A stretch of DNA of 64,000 nucleotides from Phoronis australis (GCA_002633005.1 NMRA01000203.1:475818-539817); one strand, 5' to 3'; positions 13,809-26,755 are shown, counted from the stretch's first letter. The notes: a model not told the origin generated them from the sequence alone. Numbers and translations: made by a program.

Positions 13809-16800
13809 GTAAGCTATGGAAATTACAAAACAGATATTTCATATTTCCGCTCTCCTGATGTTAATAATAATGATATTAAAAAGCGGAACAATAAGATCAA
13901 AATACTTGATGATGTACTAGAATATGACCGAGAAATTGAATTTTTGATTCTGCGTGAAGAACATCTACTAAGTTTATTGCATACGACATTTGGGTACTTA
14001 CACATGACAAAACTAATTTTATATATGAACTATAGAGATCATTGATCAAAATATAGACTTATTAGATTACACATAGTTTACATATTATCAAAATTTAAAT
14101 TTTAATTATGAAAATATATATTATGGCTTAATTTTAACGGTAAACTAGTCCTTTTTCTCTTATGATATCGTTATCTGGCACACTTTTTTGCTGATCGACA
14201 CAAATCGATTCAGCCAGCAGCAATGTCAGTGGATATGGCTTTGCGTTGATTACCCAATGCGATTACATGCGTATAACTGGGTATCATCATGAATAATTAA
14301 TCAAGTAATTCACAGTTGATTGTAATTTAATTAATTGTTATCCAACACATTGCCTACTTACTCTGCAGGATACACCCATTAATATCGTATAGGATATCTA
14401 CACCCCGTAGATTTGGCCCTCACACCGCAAACGTATATCAGCTGACCTGTTAGCTGTGTCTCCTATTTTCCAACTAATAAATGACAATAAATCATTTTAT
14501 ACTTCCCCTTCTCGGGAAAATGTCTCACGTGACATTATAATCGGTTATTTCATTTATGGAATACTGGACAAAAACGATCGTGTTATAAACATCAAGCAGT
14601 CTGTGTTAACTTCATCAAGTTTTTCAGTTGTCCACGCTTCTTCCATTTTTCTTAGGAATTTTTTAATGTTTAGTTCCGCAGGGACTTAGCCCACCCCACC
14701 CCCCTTCGCACAGGACAAAAAAGTCGGTATTCGGCTTACGCGGACATTTTCCTCCAGAAAACTGTGGTTGCCTCCCACCTCTTGTGACATCTTGAATCCG
14801 CAAGTCAGTTTATAATTGTCATTGTAGGTCGCGCGTCCCCTGTTGACGAGGATATAGGAACATACTACTATAAAAAGGCTTGTACTCAACTAGAAGTAAC
14901 GCCGCTTTCACGGATACTGAAAAATTTAGACCAATCAGCACTTGACCTCCGCTATCAAGGGATTGGACCAGAAGGTGCGAAAGCGCTAGCTGATGCATTA
15001 TTGGTAAGCGAACATAAATGAAAAAACGTCAACCTTCATTTTGACAATTTTAGTATGTCAAAAGAAACCGTTTTACGGGTTACTCTTATAATACGGCATA
15101 AAAACGAATGTAATGTCACGACACATTTTTACAACTTAGTCAATAAAGATAAGAAAAACGGCAGCAATGTGGTTCGATGGTTCTTTTTAATTGTACGTGA
15201 CGCTGACAACAATGACGACATCGAACGACAACGATAACTATAATGGGAATGACGGCAATGACGATTATACCGATGAAAGTGACAACGTCGACCTCATGAA
15301 CGATGTTTGATAAAGATGATGATGATGATGATGATGATAATGATGATGATGATGATGACGACGACGACGACGACGATGATGATGGTGATGATGATTGATG
15401 ATGATGATGATGATGATGATGGTGATGGTGATGGTGATGGTGATTATGATGATGATGATGATGGTGATGGTGATTATGATGATGATGGTGATGGTGATGA
15501 TAACGATAATGGTGATGATGTTGTTGTTGCTCTTTTTTCAGAATAACACAAAAGTCGAATACCTAAACTTGGAAGAGAACGGCCTAGAAGGGGAGGGTTG
15601 TGCCGTGATTGCTGACATGATGAGGGACAACATATTCATTACACAAGTGGTGAGATCATGATTTCTTGTGACACCCTCTTGCTAGTTAAAGAAAGTGAAT
15701 TATCTAAAGTTCGTATTGTAGGCACTTGAGATCAGCAAGTAAGTTTTACATTGTGCGGTTTTTTATATCCACTTAGTATTTTTCTTTCATCACTTTCAAC
15801 TGAGATGATGATGTGAATGAAGTGTAGATTGGTATCGGAGACTGATTGCAGTGTGTTACTTTTCAGAACATGGCGCGCAACGAAATAGGTACAATGGGTG
15901 CTATTGCAATAGGAGAAATGCTTCCAGTCAACGCCGGTATGACGCACCTCAACCTAAGTGGTGGGTATCTTATGATCCGAACAAAACAAACATTTTAGTA
16001 GCTATTACACGATATTTTTGATATTCGTAATAAAAACAGAAATGCAGTTTCAGAAGTGCTGTGTATTTTCTTCTTTGAACTCATCACCATCGCCATCGCC
16101 ATCATCGTCATTAAGTAACCGTCATCGTCAATTTTATCACATTTCCTTTGCGACGTATTGGCAATACGTCATCTTCCCGGTAACAGTGTCATTGTTATTT
16201 GAAAACTAAGGGAAGATTTCAAGCATTTCACCTGATTCCTCGTTGTTTAGAGAGGTATCACCATTCATTTGTTCACCGTTATATTCACTTTCTCTTACAG
16301 ACAATAAACTTCGAGATACCGATGCGGAATACATTGCTGCCGGAATAGAGGTAAGACTTAAAAGTCTTTCTTACACACGACACTATTAACCAGGCCCGTA
16401 GCCAGCATTGCGCAGGGGGTGGTCCGAATTTCTTGAACATTGGACCTTTGATATTTTGCATACGTCGAATTTTCATTAAGGCCCACAGTTGACGCAGCTT
16501 AATCAGAGGAAGGAAAATTTCTAAACTCAACGATGACTCTCAGTTCTATGTTTTTGAGATGAGACGGAATTAGTAATCGGGCCTACCAGAGATCAGGATG
16601 TCGTGACGACTCGCTGGTTCCCTGCGTGCCGCTAGTTGGTAGCCAGCACGCAGGTAGCAGGCAGTAGCACGCGCTTTACCATTGGTTGATGCATAGGCGG
16701 ATTTAGGGGGGGGCCCAGGGGGCCCGCCCCCCCCCCCTTGGCTGCCCCAAAAAAATAAAACAGAAANTAACCCCGGTAATTAAAATTATACGGATGAAAA

Positions 16801-19800
16801 AAGATTTAAATGTGTGCAGTTTTAGTGTTGGGGCTGGCTGAAATCCAATTTCAAGTGTCAAATTCGGAACACGGCGCATCCGTAACGGAGCTATGGCTAA
16901 GTATAGGCTCTCCCGCGATATCCCAGGCGACCGGCAGTGGCGCTGCGCACTACGACTCCGTTTTCGTCGTCTGCTCCACTGTGCAATGAAGAAATTTTAC
17001 TTCATTTTTTAAAGAGAATGGAACCTGAGTGACGATGAAAAAACAGAAGCTGTTGGTAAGATGTGAATTTTAATCGAAGCCTTAGTGAATCACTCAGAAA
17101 CTCGCAATACTCTCTTTGTCAAACCTTATCTTAAGACGATTTCCAAAGCAATCCCGTCATTATTGCCAACACGAAAAACGGATTTGGTCTTTTGGGCATT
17201 TGAAGACTATTTTAAATTTGTTAAGAATTGATGGCGCAAAATATAAAACGTATAGCATTACGAAAAGAAGTAGATTTCGCGCGCAAACGCTGTGGACCAT
17301 AAACAAGTCGGTCTTTTAGTGTAAGCCTAGTAGTTAAATCGTGGTGGTGTAGTGGTAACGCACGCGCTCACTAAGCTCCAGGTCGAGAGTTCAAGTCTTT
17401 GGTACGTTCAGGTCAAGTTTTCCTGTTTGACACGTTCTCCGTTTTTTTTTTTCGTTTTTTTTGATAATACTTCAGGAATCAAGGAAAATGCTTGATTTTT
17501 AGAGATAAAAACAGAAAAATTTCCTGAGCGGGAGGGGGGAAGACCTCCTCCCATTCGGTGCTATGCGCATCTACAATCGTGGTTCAGTTTGCGCAAATGC
17601 CTACAGCCGGACAAAATGTTGGGCCCCCCCCTTGTGATATCCTAGATCCGCCACTGTGATGTAACCTTGACAGTGGTTAGCTTAACAACAAAGTGAGAAA
17701 ATGGCGGACTATGGACGATTTTTAGCCTTGTCCATGCAAGTCGCGCAGCAGCAACTATTTCGTTTCTGCAGTAGGCCTAATGTTTAATAGCCGCGTGCTC
17801 AGAAGCACGTTCATGTACAATAAACACGCCGTCATCTGGCCGATTTAACTAGTGCGTTATTCATACTGTATAAATGCAGGACAGTAACGTAAACAAAAGC
17901 CAATGACTTTAAAAAATGCACTCCGAAAGGCGCAACCACAGTTTTCTGGGATTCACATTTCTTGAACATGAATTGTAGGATGTAGGCTAATGTGGTCCAA
18001 AACGTTCTCCTCTTTACTTCTTGCCAAATTTTCAAATCAGACATGCTTAAATGAGTAATTACACCTTCTCGGACTGAAACATTTATTCGGAGATTAACTT
18101 AACGAAACTTTTTATCTAGTTATATTTTTCCGTGTTAACGTTATTGCATTTTAAATAATTTGGCGTGGGAATATTGATGAATTATCAACCACGAAACATT
18201 CATCAAATTCATGTCAAGGTCGCATTATTTCACAGCGCGACTTCAGTGTCATCAAATACAGTGTCATCAAATACAGTGTCATCAAATACAGTGTCATCAA
18301 CTACATGGTATAAATCAAGAGCTATTTTTAATGGAGGGGAAAAGTGAAAGCGCATAAGTTCATGTTCATAATAATTCACCAAACGTTTTATTCCAGAAAT
18401 TTAACTTGTCTAACGCTTTGAACTCATAAAATGTAAAATCATGAAAAACACTCAATCAGAAATTGTTGAATTGTATTCACATCCGATTCCGTTCATTTAA
18501 TACAAAAGTACATTTTTGTCCTATTACCAACTAACCAAATTTTACAGGGTAGAAAACAGCTAATAATTAAAACGCTGTCCCTTAACTTCGCCAAGGAGAT
18601 CACGTTCTGATATTTCTGAATAAAGACCCGTTGTCTAATACTGTTTCAGAGAAACGAACGAGTTGTTTACCTTGACCTCAGCAAAAATGGCTTCTCCGAG
18701 GGCGGTGCGCAACATTTAGGGAATGCAATAGGTAAGACTTTCATTAAGACCCCATTTCGAGATCTAAATACATAAACCATTTTGGCTCTATACAAAAACT
18801 TAAGGACAGGCTTGTAGACAGTTTGTACCACCGTTTTCTGTTCGCACTAACTTGTTATTACAACAAAAACTAAGCCCGCGATTTACTCGAAACAATTTTT
18901 ACATTATCCGTTTTACTACAAACCCAAAATATGCTCAAGTATATCATTGTTTACATACATGTAGATGATTGCATAGTCGCGTTTTGGTCATTATCACGTT
19001 TATATTGAAGTAGAACGAAAATAATGTCGAAATATTTTGAGATAGATTTCGATTAAAAAGATCAGACCCAGGGTCCAAGTCTTTTATTACAACAACGAGA
19101 TTGTGAAAGCTCAAAGTTGGCGCGTTGTATTTAACCTACAGAAAGAATGTTAATCGCTGTCACTTTTTCGTAATGAGGATCTAAAACTAAACATCCAAGT
19201 CTGCTTTCTGAAATGCCACGAAGGTTTATGAAACTGCTATTGTCTACAAATGTTACGGAAAAAATACAGTAATATTTATGGCACATTTATAAATATTTTT
19301 AGTTCCTCTAGTCTTGGCTTATGTGTTGGAACTCTTACCAACCAATTGCTAATAAAACAGAGAACGGAACAGCAGTCATTACAGAGACCGGCTAATTTGG
19401 AAGTTTGAGCACTGGGCTACCATTTGAAAGTCTCGGGTTCAAATATTAACATTACTGGAAGACACTCGAACACTACACAAACTTGTGTCTTTTGTGCACG
19501 TTAGGCGAGAGTGAGTGTAAAGCTGGACATAATGTAAAGTCGGGGTGTGCTAATATCTTGAAAAATAACATTCAGCATTACTCATGGATTCGGAACAAGA
19601 TGTTGATAAATTATTCAAAATTTTTCAGGGATTAATAATTCAGTGGAATATCTCAATCTCAGCTGGAATTCAATACGAAGGAAAGGCGCCGTTACCCTAG
19701 CAAAGGGATTGAAGGTATGCACACGGATGAACGCTGGGCGTGACATGAAGTTGTTCCTGCGTGCAGCTAACACACAGGCAACAATGCATAAACAACGAAT

Positions 19801-22800
19801 CTTCAGAACGTAATAACTCTGATTTTAAAGTTGAGGCGTGTCGCGACGGCACAATTTTCCGAGGCAATAACCTCATTTTATAGTTCACAAAATCACAGTC
19901 AGCAAAAAAATTGCCTCAAAACAAATATTCGGAGAAAAATCTCCGGTCTTTCTGGTAGGTCAGTGCAGGTTTCATCAATTAATCATACACATACGAGAAC
20001 ATTGTATTATGAATATTGAACGAATCTTGCATGTGATCAGAATTGACAATCAATTATTTGACAAGCATGGATATCATAGCACCGCAGTGCACTTCAAACG
20101 TCGGATTTAGTGTTTACAGCATTAAAACACGTGAAAATGTATGTTTCAAGCCGTATGTGAAATAACAGGAAAGCAAACCCTATCAATTGCATAAGCCAAT
20201 CATGCATTTTGATTTGTGCGCCTTCTGTTGCTGTACGTACATGTTCGCTTGGGTGTCGAATTATGAAGTGCCATAAATTAAGTAAAACTACACGTCGATT
20301 AAGCGTTAAAGCACATTTCAACGTGCAGAAAGATTTCCGTTTAAGAACCCTTTGGAGCTTCATGTAAGTGTCTGCGAAAGTTCGCCAAGCAAAATATATA
20401 TATGAAGAGTGCATTCATTTGTTCATTGCTAGGTGCGTGTCAGTCCCAGCGACGAATCGCGTTGGGAGCAATATTCACGCACATGGATGGGTGTTTGCAT
20501 GTTTGGGGACCACAATTGAATAACATAACGTGACCTAGTTTGGGGTATTTCACTCGGATGCTCGTAGTACATGTAAATAGTTGATAATTTAGACACTTTT
20601 TGTTTATTTACTGGCATGTTAATATGAGCAAAGGAAATGTACAGAGTGACGTCTCAGAGACATAAAGTGAGGTGTTTCTTTGGTTTATCAGTGGCCTCTT
20701 GTTCTGTCCCTTTTTTCCCTAAACTCTACTCTATCAGTTCCAATTATTTACACAATGAAATTCCTGCTTTTTAGACGGAAGTAGCTCTGGAATATTTCGT
20801 CGTTCAGTTTCAGCTTCCAAACAGGCCAACCATATCTGTGACACTTTCGAGGGCTTGCCGTCTATGTTTAGTTTATCTTTATCAGCCATTGTTCACAATG
20901 ACGCCAACAGTCAAGAAAAGTCTTTGCTCACGGATATATACCCAATTTCCATCACCGATGAGTGGATAGTCTCCCACGACGCATGGACACGGAAACGGAA
21001 GCGGACACGGATCACCTGAAAACAGATGACCAACTCAGTCGGCGAACAGCATTTTCGTGCGAGTACCTACAAAAAGGCCTATAGAAAAATTAAATGTGCA
21101 GCTATTGTTCAAGATAAAAATGATTTCTGTTTTCAGAGGATTGAATTGTTGTCGTTTAAGTAATATCACTTATGTGGATTGTTTGAAAGCGCTTCACCAG
21201 CACGTAGACTTATTTTACCGTTTCAGCGTAATTATTGTCTCACCGCGTTGGATCTCTCTTATAATGGGTTTGGATACGAGGGTGCGATGGCAATGGCGAA
21301 TTGTATAAGGACCAACAAATATCTTCGAGAGCTAGACCTAAGCAGCAACAGAATCAACTGGGACGGTGCACAATTCATCGCCAAAGCTCTGAAGGAAAAC
21401 AACACACTAGAAGTATTAAAGGTATGAATTTTACAGATTCTGTTCATATTTGAAATAACAAGTATCATCGAAATCGAAGACGGTCTGAAATAGGGGTACT
21501 GGTTCTCGAAATAGGAGTACTATTCCTCGAAATAGGGATACTAGTCCTCGAAATAGGGGTACTAGTCCTCGAAATAGGGGTAATAGTCCTCGAAATAGGG
21601 GTACTAGCCCTCAAAATAGGGGTACTAATCCTCGAAATTCAGCAGAGAAGGAACACGACAATAATGCGTTATTCTCCCCGAATTCCGATTTCATATTGAC
21701 GTTTCACAACATTATTCCTTTTTCCAGATTGGACACAACCCTCTCACAATGACAGGGTGCCAGAGTATTCTAGAAGCTGTTTACAACGACAGAAGTGAAG
21801 TGGAATACATCGGCTTTGACGTAAGAATCCATTGTTTATTAGAAATGATTACTTGATAATGAAGAGAGTGACAGCCTGAGAGTCGATACATGAATGCTGC
21901 CGCCTGACAAAACGCGTGGATTTCCAAACAAATAATTAAAATGCAGTGAGATTACATGTCAAGTTGTGGCATACACTGTAGGCGATTCGAAGGTGAAACG
22001 AAGAGTTCTGGAAACGGTAACTTATTTGAAGAATTAAAGGGAAAAGCAACCTTTTTCAAGTTACCGGTACCTTTACTAAAAATACGTATCCGTGACAGAA
22101 AGACACTATAGTCCGCGCCGTTCCCTTGTCGTGTTTTCACCTTTCATGGAACAATTAAGAGTGGCGTAATCGGCCCATCAAAAGGCTCGAAACTTGGTTC
22201 TGCATTCACTGACTTCCTATTTATTAAACAGTCATTCGTGTTTGCTTAACGGAAGTGAATATGCTCAGTAAATCAATCAAAATGCGAGCGTTTTGTTCGG
22301 AGCCGTTTACGTCAGTTCTCAGATATATATACTGAGGTCACTTATATTGCAGTTTCTTGCCGTAGAAAGTAAATGAGTGGCACGGGAAATATAATTATCG
22401 TGAAAAATATGTCAGGTTTCGGCGATAACCAGCCAAAGTACCTGTAATTTTAGTAAAGACGGTTGCTATCCTCAGTAGAAATAAATTCGTCGCTCGGGGC
22501 TATCAAAGCTAGCTTGTGCTTACAGTTTTTACCCCTTTATGCATAGTAATATCGGTGTGATAAAATGCCAATATCCATCGAAGATTGTTAAGCTTATGAT
22601 TGTGTTACATTCTAGGGGGTGCCAATTAATCGACGGATACTCTACATTGCCGAGAGTATAAACAGATTTCGCGAATTCGCCATCTCACACGGAGGGGTTT
22701 CTGAGAGTGAGGACATTTTCGGTCGACGGCTTGGTAGGACATTTTACTATTTGTGAACATTATTTAAAAGAGTTGGATTCATTATTTATTTAAAACACTA

Positions 22801-25507
22801 TAGAGGAGCTATTGTTAATGTGTGGCTGAGGCAATATAAGACATCAACAGTAAATTCCAGAATCTGGATCACCGATATGAACAAAAAAAAAACGTTCGAG
22901 AGCACAAAAGACTCCCTAACTCTATCACCGACAGCGTCTACACATCCAGGCTACAAAAACTACATAAAGCTACATGTACCCTTCATCAGGAAGAGATAAC
23001 CATCTGCCTTCCTTTAATTATCGTAATCTATTTTGCCCGGGGTACGCCACGAGCTATGATGTTGCAGAGTAAAACAAGATGAGAATTGAGAACAATGTCA
23101 TTTACTATGACGTAACTAAATAAGACTCTGCAAGATGAGCATGGAAAAAACGCCACCGGCGTGTACAATAAATAGCTCATAATGATGGAACCAAAACAAA
23201 AAACAAAAGAACTGCCTGAAGGGCCTAAAGAAAATGTACACATTATAAACAAAAAAACTTGCAAAAGGACAAACAGGTAATGTATAATGAGAAACACTGG
23301 AACAGTCACCCGGTATGGACGGCGGGGAGGGAGGGGGATGTCGAGTACAAACGTAGGTCTCTTTGTAGACGACGAGGTAGGTGGCTAAATGAGCTAGACC
23401 ACGTTGAACTAAAAAGAAATATGAGTGACCAATCAAGTGTGGAGTACAAACTTGAGGCTATAAGTAGAGATCAGTGATGCAAAATAAACACTAAGGATGA
23501 TACAAAATAAAGTGGCAAATTTTCACGATATCCGCCAAACACGGCTGAATGACCGCCCTACGCGGTGTGTGCCACAAGAGATCCGTGAGCTGTGTTCGTG
23601 AGTCCGGTTGAAACCATTTGCTATGTAGATGTAGCAAAGACCAGATTGATAGAGTTAATTTGCGTATTTCCTGGTTCTCATATGTATACGGCGTGAGCAG
23701 GAAGCCACAGTTTAAATTTAAATGATATGTAGCAAAAAAGTACACGTCGTATTCTAACATTTACAGTCAGCAAGGAAGATCCTCTAAAGTTGCTATTGCG
23801 TTTTCTATCGGAGGAAGGAATTCGTGTTATGGACTTGTTCAGAACATTTGATAAAGATCGTGACCAGAAAGTTTCAAGGGAACAATTCATCGCCGGTCTG
23901 AAGGTAAAAAGAGAGTTGAATGAGTTGTCCCAGAAGTAATGCACCAAGCTCATGTAACAAAGGCTGTGTTCGTTGGCCTAGGCGCTTTGGAGTTTAAAAC
24001 ATATTCTTAAATTGTTGCAGACAGTTAGCTGGCATATCAAATCACAGGCAATGAGTATAACGTTCGCTATTTTCGATTTCACATTTTCAGGCTTGGCCAT
24101 ACGCCAACAAAATCTATTGTTTACATTAAAACATATCCTTGGTAGTTGCGATGCCCTGTGACTAAGGAAAAGATGGTGTATCTTCTATTATTCAATATCC
24201 CCACCTCTCAAAAGTTAGGCAACACTAGCCATGGGCGGCGCAGCACTGAAAAAAAGTGGGGGCTATGCCCCTATGGTGCGCCGCCCATGCTATCGTTTTC
24301 AAGTACACACGCAGAATGTTGGCTTCATGTCAAGAGGACATGGAGTTGATTCACGTAGTTGGTTGCCAATGTTTGTCGGTGTTTTCAATAAAAATCCTGA
24401 CCATAATGGTGGTGTCATTTTTAATTCAGTCTTGTGACAAATTACCTCAACGCCCAAAAATACCCCCCCCCCTTTTCACGGCTGACAGAATCCTCTAAGT
24501 CTCATCGACGGGAACCGACTGAATAGAACTAATTTGTAAAGGCGATAGCGAGGGTGCCAAGGGGAAGGCATAAACAACCTTTAACGTGGATGAAAACGGC
24601 AGATTCCTATAAATTGGGAGTGTGAATGTGTGAATCACTCTAAGGTAATTTTCGTAAAAACGTGGAATGTAGAACATCGCAACTTCGAAATCTATTGGAT
24701 ACATGACCAGGCACCCAAAAGGAACGACGTCAACTTCTAACTGTACCACGTTCCACAAAGGGTCGATGCATTCCCACCTGCAAATACTATGTCTTCGTCG
24801 CCGTGCGTGATACAAACACCAGTAACTGATAAATCATACTGACGTTTTTTTCAGAAAGTTCGGGTGCCACTGGCCGTATGGGAAATACAACAAGTCATGG
24901 AAAAATTGGATGAAACCAACGAGGGAAGAATAAGCTACCAGTAAGATATGCTTTACAAAATGATACAAATGTGTTTGTGTAAGTCGTACGTTTGACTGCT
25001 AATTACTGAAGTAAAAGTGGGCCATGAAAACATTTTTGTGTTGTCTCGTCGTTTTCTAACAACTAGGCAATTGTTTTTTTTTTTAGAAAATTGAACATGG
25101 GAATGAAAATGCAGAAGATTCAAAACAAAACAGACGAGGAGAAAGAACGCGTACGCAAGAAAAAAGATCGTGAGAAGAAACACAGATTAATGAATCCGGA
25201 CAACCCTCCAGCTTCATCGACAGTGAGCGGTATGAATACTCCACGCAGCGGTACCAGCATGAGTTGGCGAAGCTTGTCGCGACGATCGTCTCTAAGAGGA
25301 TCACAAAGTCAGCTTTTGAATCGCTCCTTATCCATGCGATCTTCGTTCGCAAACTTGGTGGACCAAGTTAGCGGGAAAGGAAGCATTCCTGGGACTCGCC
25401 GATCGAGCATCGCTGTGTCGACACTGTCTACAAGAAGGCCGTCTGGTTCGGTAGTCGGTTTACCGCGAATAGGCCAGTACGCGGCATCGCAGACCAGTGC
25501 CACGTGA
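13532..25507 (+). CDS. LRRC74: LRRC74-like leucine-rich repeat protein with C-terminal EF-hand pair (640 aa, 13 coding exons)
   Basis: join(13532-13808,14828-15003,15542-15649,15867-15960,16301-16350,18650-18731,19629-19714,21227-21421,21728-21820,22616-22733,23767-23903,24855-24940,25087-25507) = 1923 nt. All introns are GT-AG and phases are consistent. Features: DFDTDLE and YKKAC..LEVTP N-terminal motifs, ~28-aa RNI-like LRRs (LDLSKNGF, LNLSWNSI, LDLSYNGF, LDLSSNRI), and EF-hand loop DKDRDQKVSREQF. Confidence 0.9.
14828..15003 (+). CDS. LRRC74: LRRC74-like coding exon 2
   Basis: RASPVDEDIGTYYYKKACTQLEVTPLSRILKNLDQSALDLRYQGIGPEGAKALADALL; AG/GTAAG. Confidence 0.9.
15316..15530. repeat. (GAT/GAC/GGT/GTT)n microsatellite abutting the LRRC74 exon-3 acceptor
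   Basis: Trinucleotide tract seen directly. Confidence 0.95.
15542..15649 (+). CDS. LRRC74: LRRC74-like coding exon 3
   Basis: NNTKVEYLNLEENGLEGEGCAVIADMMRDNIFITQV; CAG/GTGAG. Confidence 0.9.
15867..15960 (+). CDS. LRRC74: LRRC74-like coding exon 4
   Basis: NMARNEIGTMGAIAIGEMLPVNAGMTHLNLS; CAG/GTGGGT. Confidence 0.9.
16301..16350 (+). CDS. LRRC74: LRRC74-like coding exon 5
   Basis: DNKLRDTDAEYIAAGIE; CAG/GTAAG. Confidence 0.9.
16692..17656. mobile_element. non-autonomous DNA transposon (CA...TG TIRs, 5-bp TSD TGATG) with an internal tRNA-like segment
   Basis: Left CATAGGCGGATTTAGG, right CCTAGATCCGCCACTG. TGATG flanks both sides (16687-16691, 17657-17661). G/C-run subterminal motifs. Confidence 0.8.
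17341..17410 (+). pseudogene. degenerate tRNA-derived (Pol III A/B-box) segment
   Basis: A-box TGGTGTAGTGG and B-box GAGTTCAAGTC at tRNA-like spacing; T-runs downstream; cloverleaf degenerate. Confidence 0.5.
18243..18300. repeat. 15-bp minisatellite (CAGTGTCATCAAATA) x~4
   Basis: Direct tandem repeats. Confidence 0.9.
18650..18731 (+). CDS. LRRC74: LRRC74-like coding exon 6
   Basis: RNERVVYLDLSKNGFSEGGAQHLGNAI; CAG/GTAAG. Confidence 0.9.
19629..19714 (+). CDS. LRRC74: LRRC74-like coding exon 7
   Basis: GINNSVEYLNLSWNSIRRKGAVTLAKGLK; CAG/GTATG. Confidence 0.9.
21227..21421 (+). CDS. LRRC74: LRRC74-like coding exon 8
   Basis: RNYCLTALDLSYNGFGYEG...LRELDLSSNRINWDG...LEVLK; CAG/GTATG. Confidence 0.92.
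21486..21637. repeat. 21-bp minisatellite (TCGAAATAGGGGTACTAGTCC) x~7
   Basis: Direct tandem repeats in LRRC74 intron 8. Confidence 0.92.
21728..21820 (+). CDS. LRRC74: LRRC74-like coding exon 9
   Basis: IGHNPLTMTGCQSILEAVYNDRSEVEYIGFD; CAG/GTAAG. Confidence 0.9.
22616..22733 (+). CDS. LRRC74: LRRC74-like coding exon 10
   Basis: GVPINRRILYIAESINRFREFAISHGGVSESEDIFGRRL; TAG/GTAGG. Confidence 0.85.
23767..23903 (+). CDS. LRRC74: LRRC74-like coding exon 11 (EF-hand 1)
   Basis: SKEDPLKLLLRFLSEEGIRVMDLFRTFDKDRDQKVSREQFIAGLK; CAG/GTAAA. Confidence 0.9.
24230..24289. mobile_element. 60-bp miniature TIR element
   Basis: Perfect 13-bp TIRs CATGGGCGGCGCA/TGCGCCGCCCATG; flanks CTAGC / CTATC (4/5 match, putative 5-bp TSD). 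Confidence 0.6.
24855..24940 (+). CDS. LRRC74: LRRC74-like coding exon 12 (EF-hand 2)
   Basis: KVRVPLAVWEIQQVMEKLDETNEGRISY; CAG/GTAAG. Confidence 0.9.
25087..25507 (+). CDS. LRRC74: LRRC74-like last coding exon (basic, Ser/Arg-rich tail)
   Basis: Acceptor T-run+AG; phase 2 joins into ORF 25091-25507, ending ...SQTSAT*. Confidence 0.85.
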
Positions 25508-26429
25508 GGTTTTCACACTTTCTTACAAGCTCAACTGTCAATGATTGGAGAAGTTTTAAAACAAGTGCAACGTACTTGCGCCGTTTTCAACTTGTGGTCG
25601 TCGACAGTTCATTGAACTAACAAGATATCAATTGGCTCGCCAAAAGTCATTTGAATGTAACACCAGCAAACTGAGTGAGAAATTGAAATATTGGACAGCG
25701 TTTGCTGTAAAATACGAACAACACAGCGTCGAGTCATTGACGACGAACGGCGCAACAGCAGGGAACTCTTATAAGTTCATTTCTCTACTTCACTGCAACA
25801 AGTTTACTGGCAAAAATGCTAAGGCAGTGTATTGGCGACACTAGTTGTGCTTTGCTCAACAACAGGTAATATTTGTTCACAAAAGTGCATGTATTGAGAC
25901 GCTGGCTGTGATATGTAAATATAACGTTTAATATGAGTGTCAATATGAGTGTCAATATGAGAACTTTAATGAAGCTGGTGCTTGAATGACAGGGACATGT
26001 CGCTGTGAAGTTACATGTAAAAGGTTAAAACATCCACTTCCTAAGGAAAAAAATAAATTCTGGCCGTTTCTGCTAGCACAACTTGATCACACGAACCATG
26101 GCCATCCGACCAATATTCGTGCCCAGTCAATACTTAAACACAAGGGAAACTGGGGAATTGATAAACAGCACATTACCACATGAATAAGAAACAGACCATA
26201 CATGACAACTGACGAGACAGCGCTTTCATGTCAGCCTTCACTCATAAGAAATTTCATTAGAGTAAATCACTGCGTATCTTCCGCCCAAAACTATGTAGTT
26301 GCAAGGGGAAAATATTCACAAAAATCCAACAAGCTCTAATGTAGTTTTATTTCAGCTACTTTGTCAACACACAAAAGGTAGGACCCTGATATCAAACCTT
26401 TGCTGGCAAAACTAAGCACCTTCGTTTAA

Positions 26430-26755
26430 AGGGACGATCTCGGAGAAAAGTAATTTAATTAAAGAAATTAGCAGTAACATGGAATCAAACTCACCGGCTC
26501 CATAGTAGAAGCCCAACGCTCTGCCACTGAACCAAATCCTGGGGATTAAATAGTAGAGTATTTCAAGCAATTGGCCTACATTTCAGCGAATGTCTGGCAG
26601 ACAACTGCAAGAATTAGCGATTTGTAATAAAATCACAACACAACGGATTTTGCTGTTTTATATCTCTGGTCAAAACTAGTAACTTAAAGAATTCTATCCC
26701 ATCTAACAATAACCCCAAAAATGCGTTTTTCATCCATGAAACTGATAAGGTCCCT
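26430..26755. mobile_element. TTAA-flanked non-autonomous element (Kolobok-like) containing a tRNA-like segment on the minus strand (~26470-26540)
   Basis: TTAA|AGGGAC ... GTCCCT|TTAA. The internal minus strand has TGGTTCAGTGG (A-box) and GAGTTTGATTCC (B-box). Confidence 0.55.

Noticed and set aside
14369-14460. CTCTGCAG acceptor as an extra LRRC74 exon
   Set aside because: Not needed for phase, no LRRC74-like peptide and no good donor; exon 1 joins 14828 cleanly.
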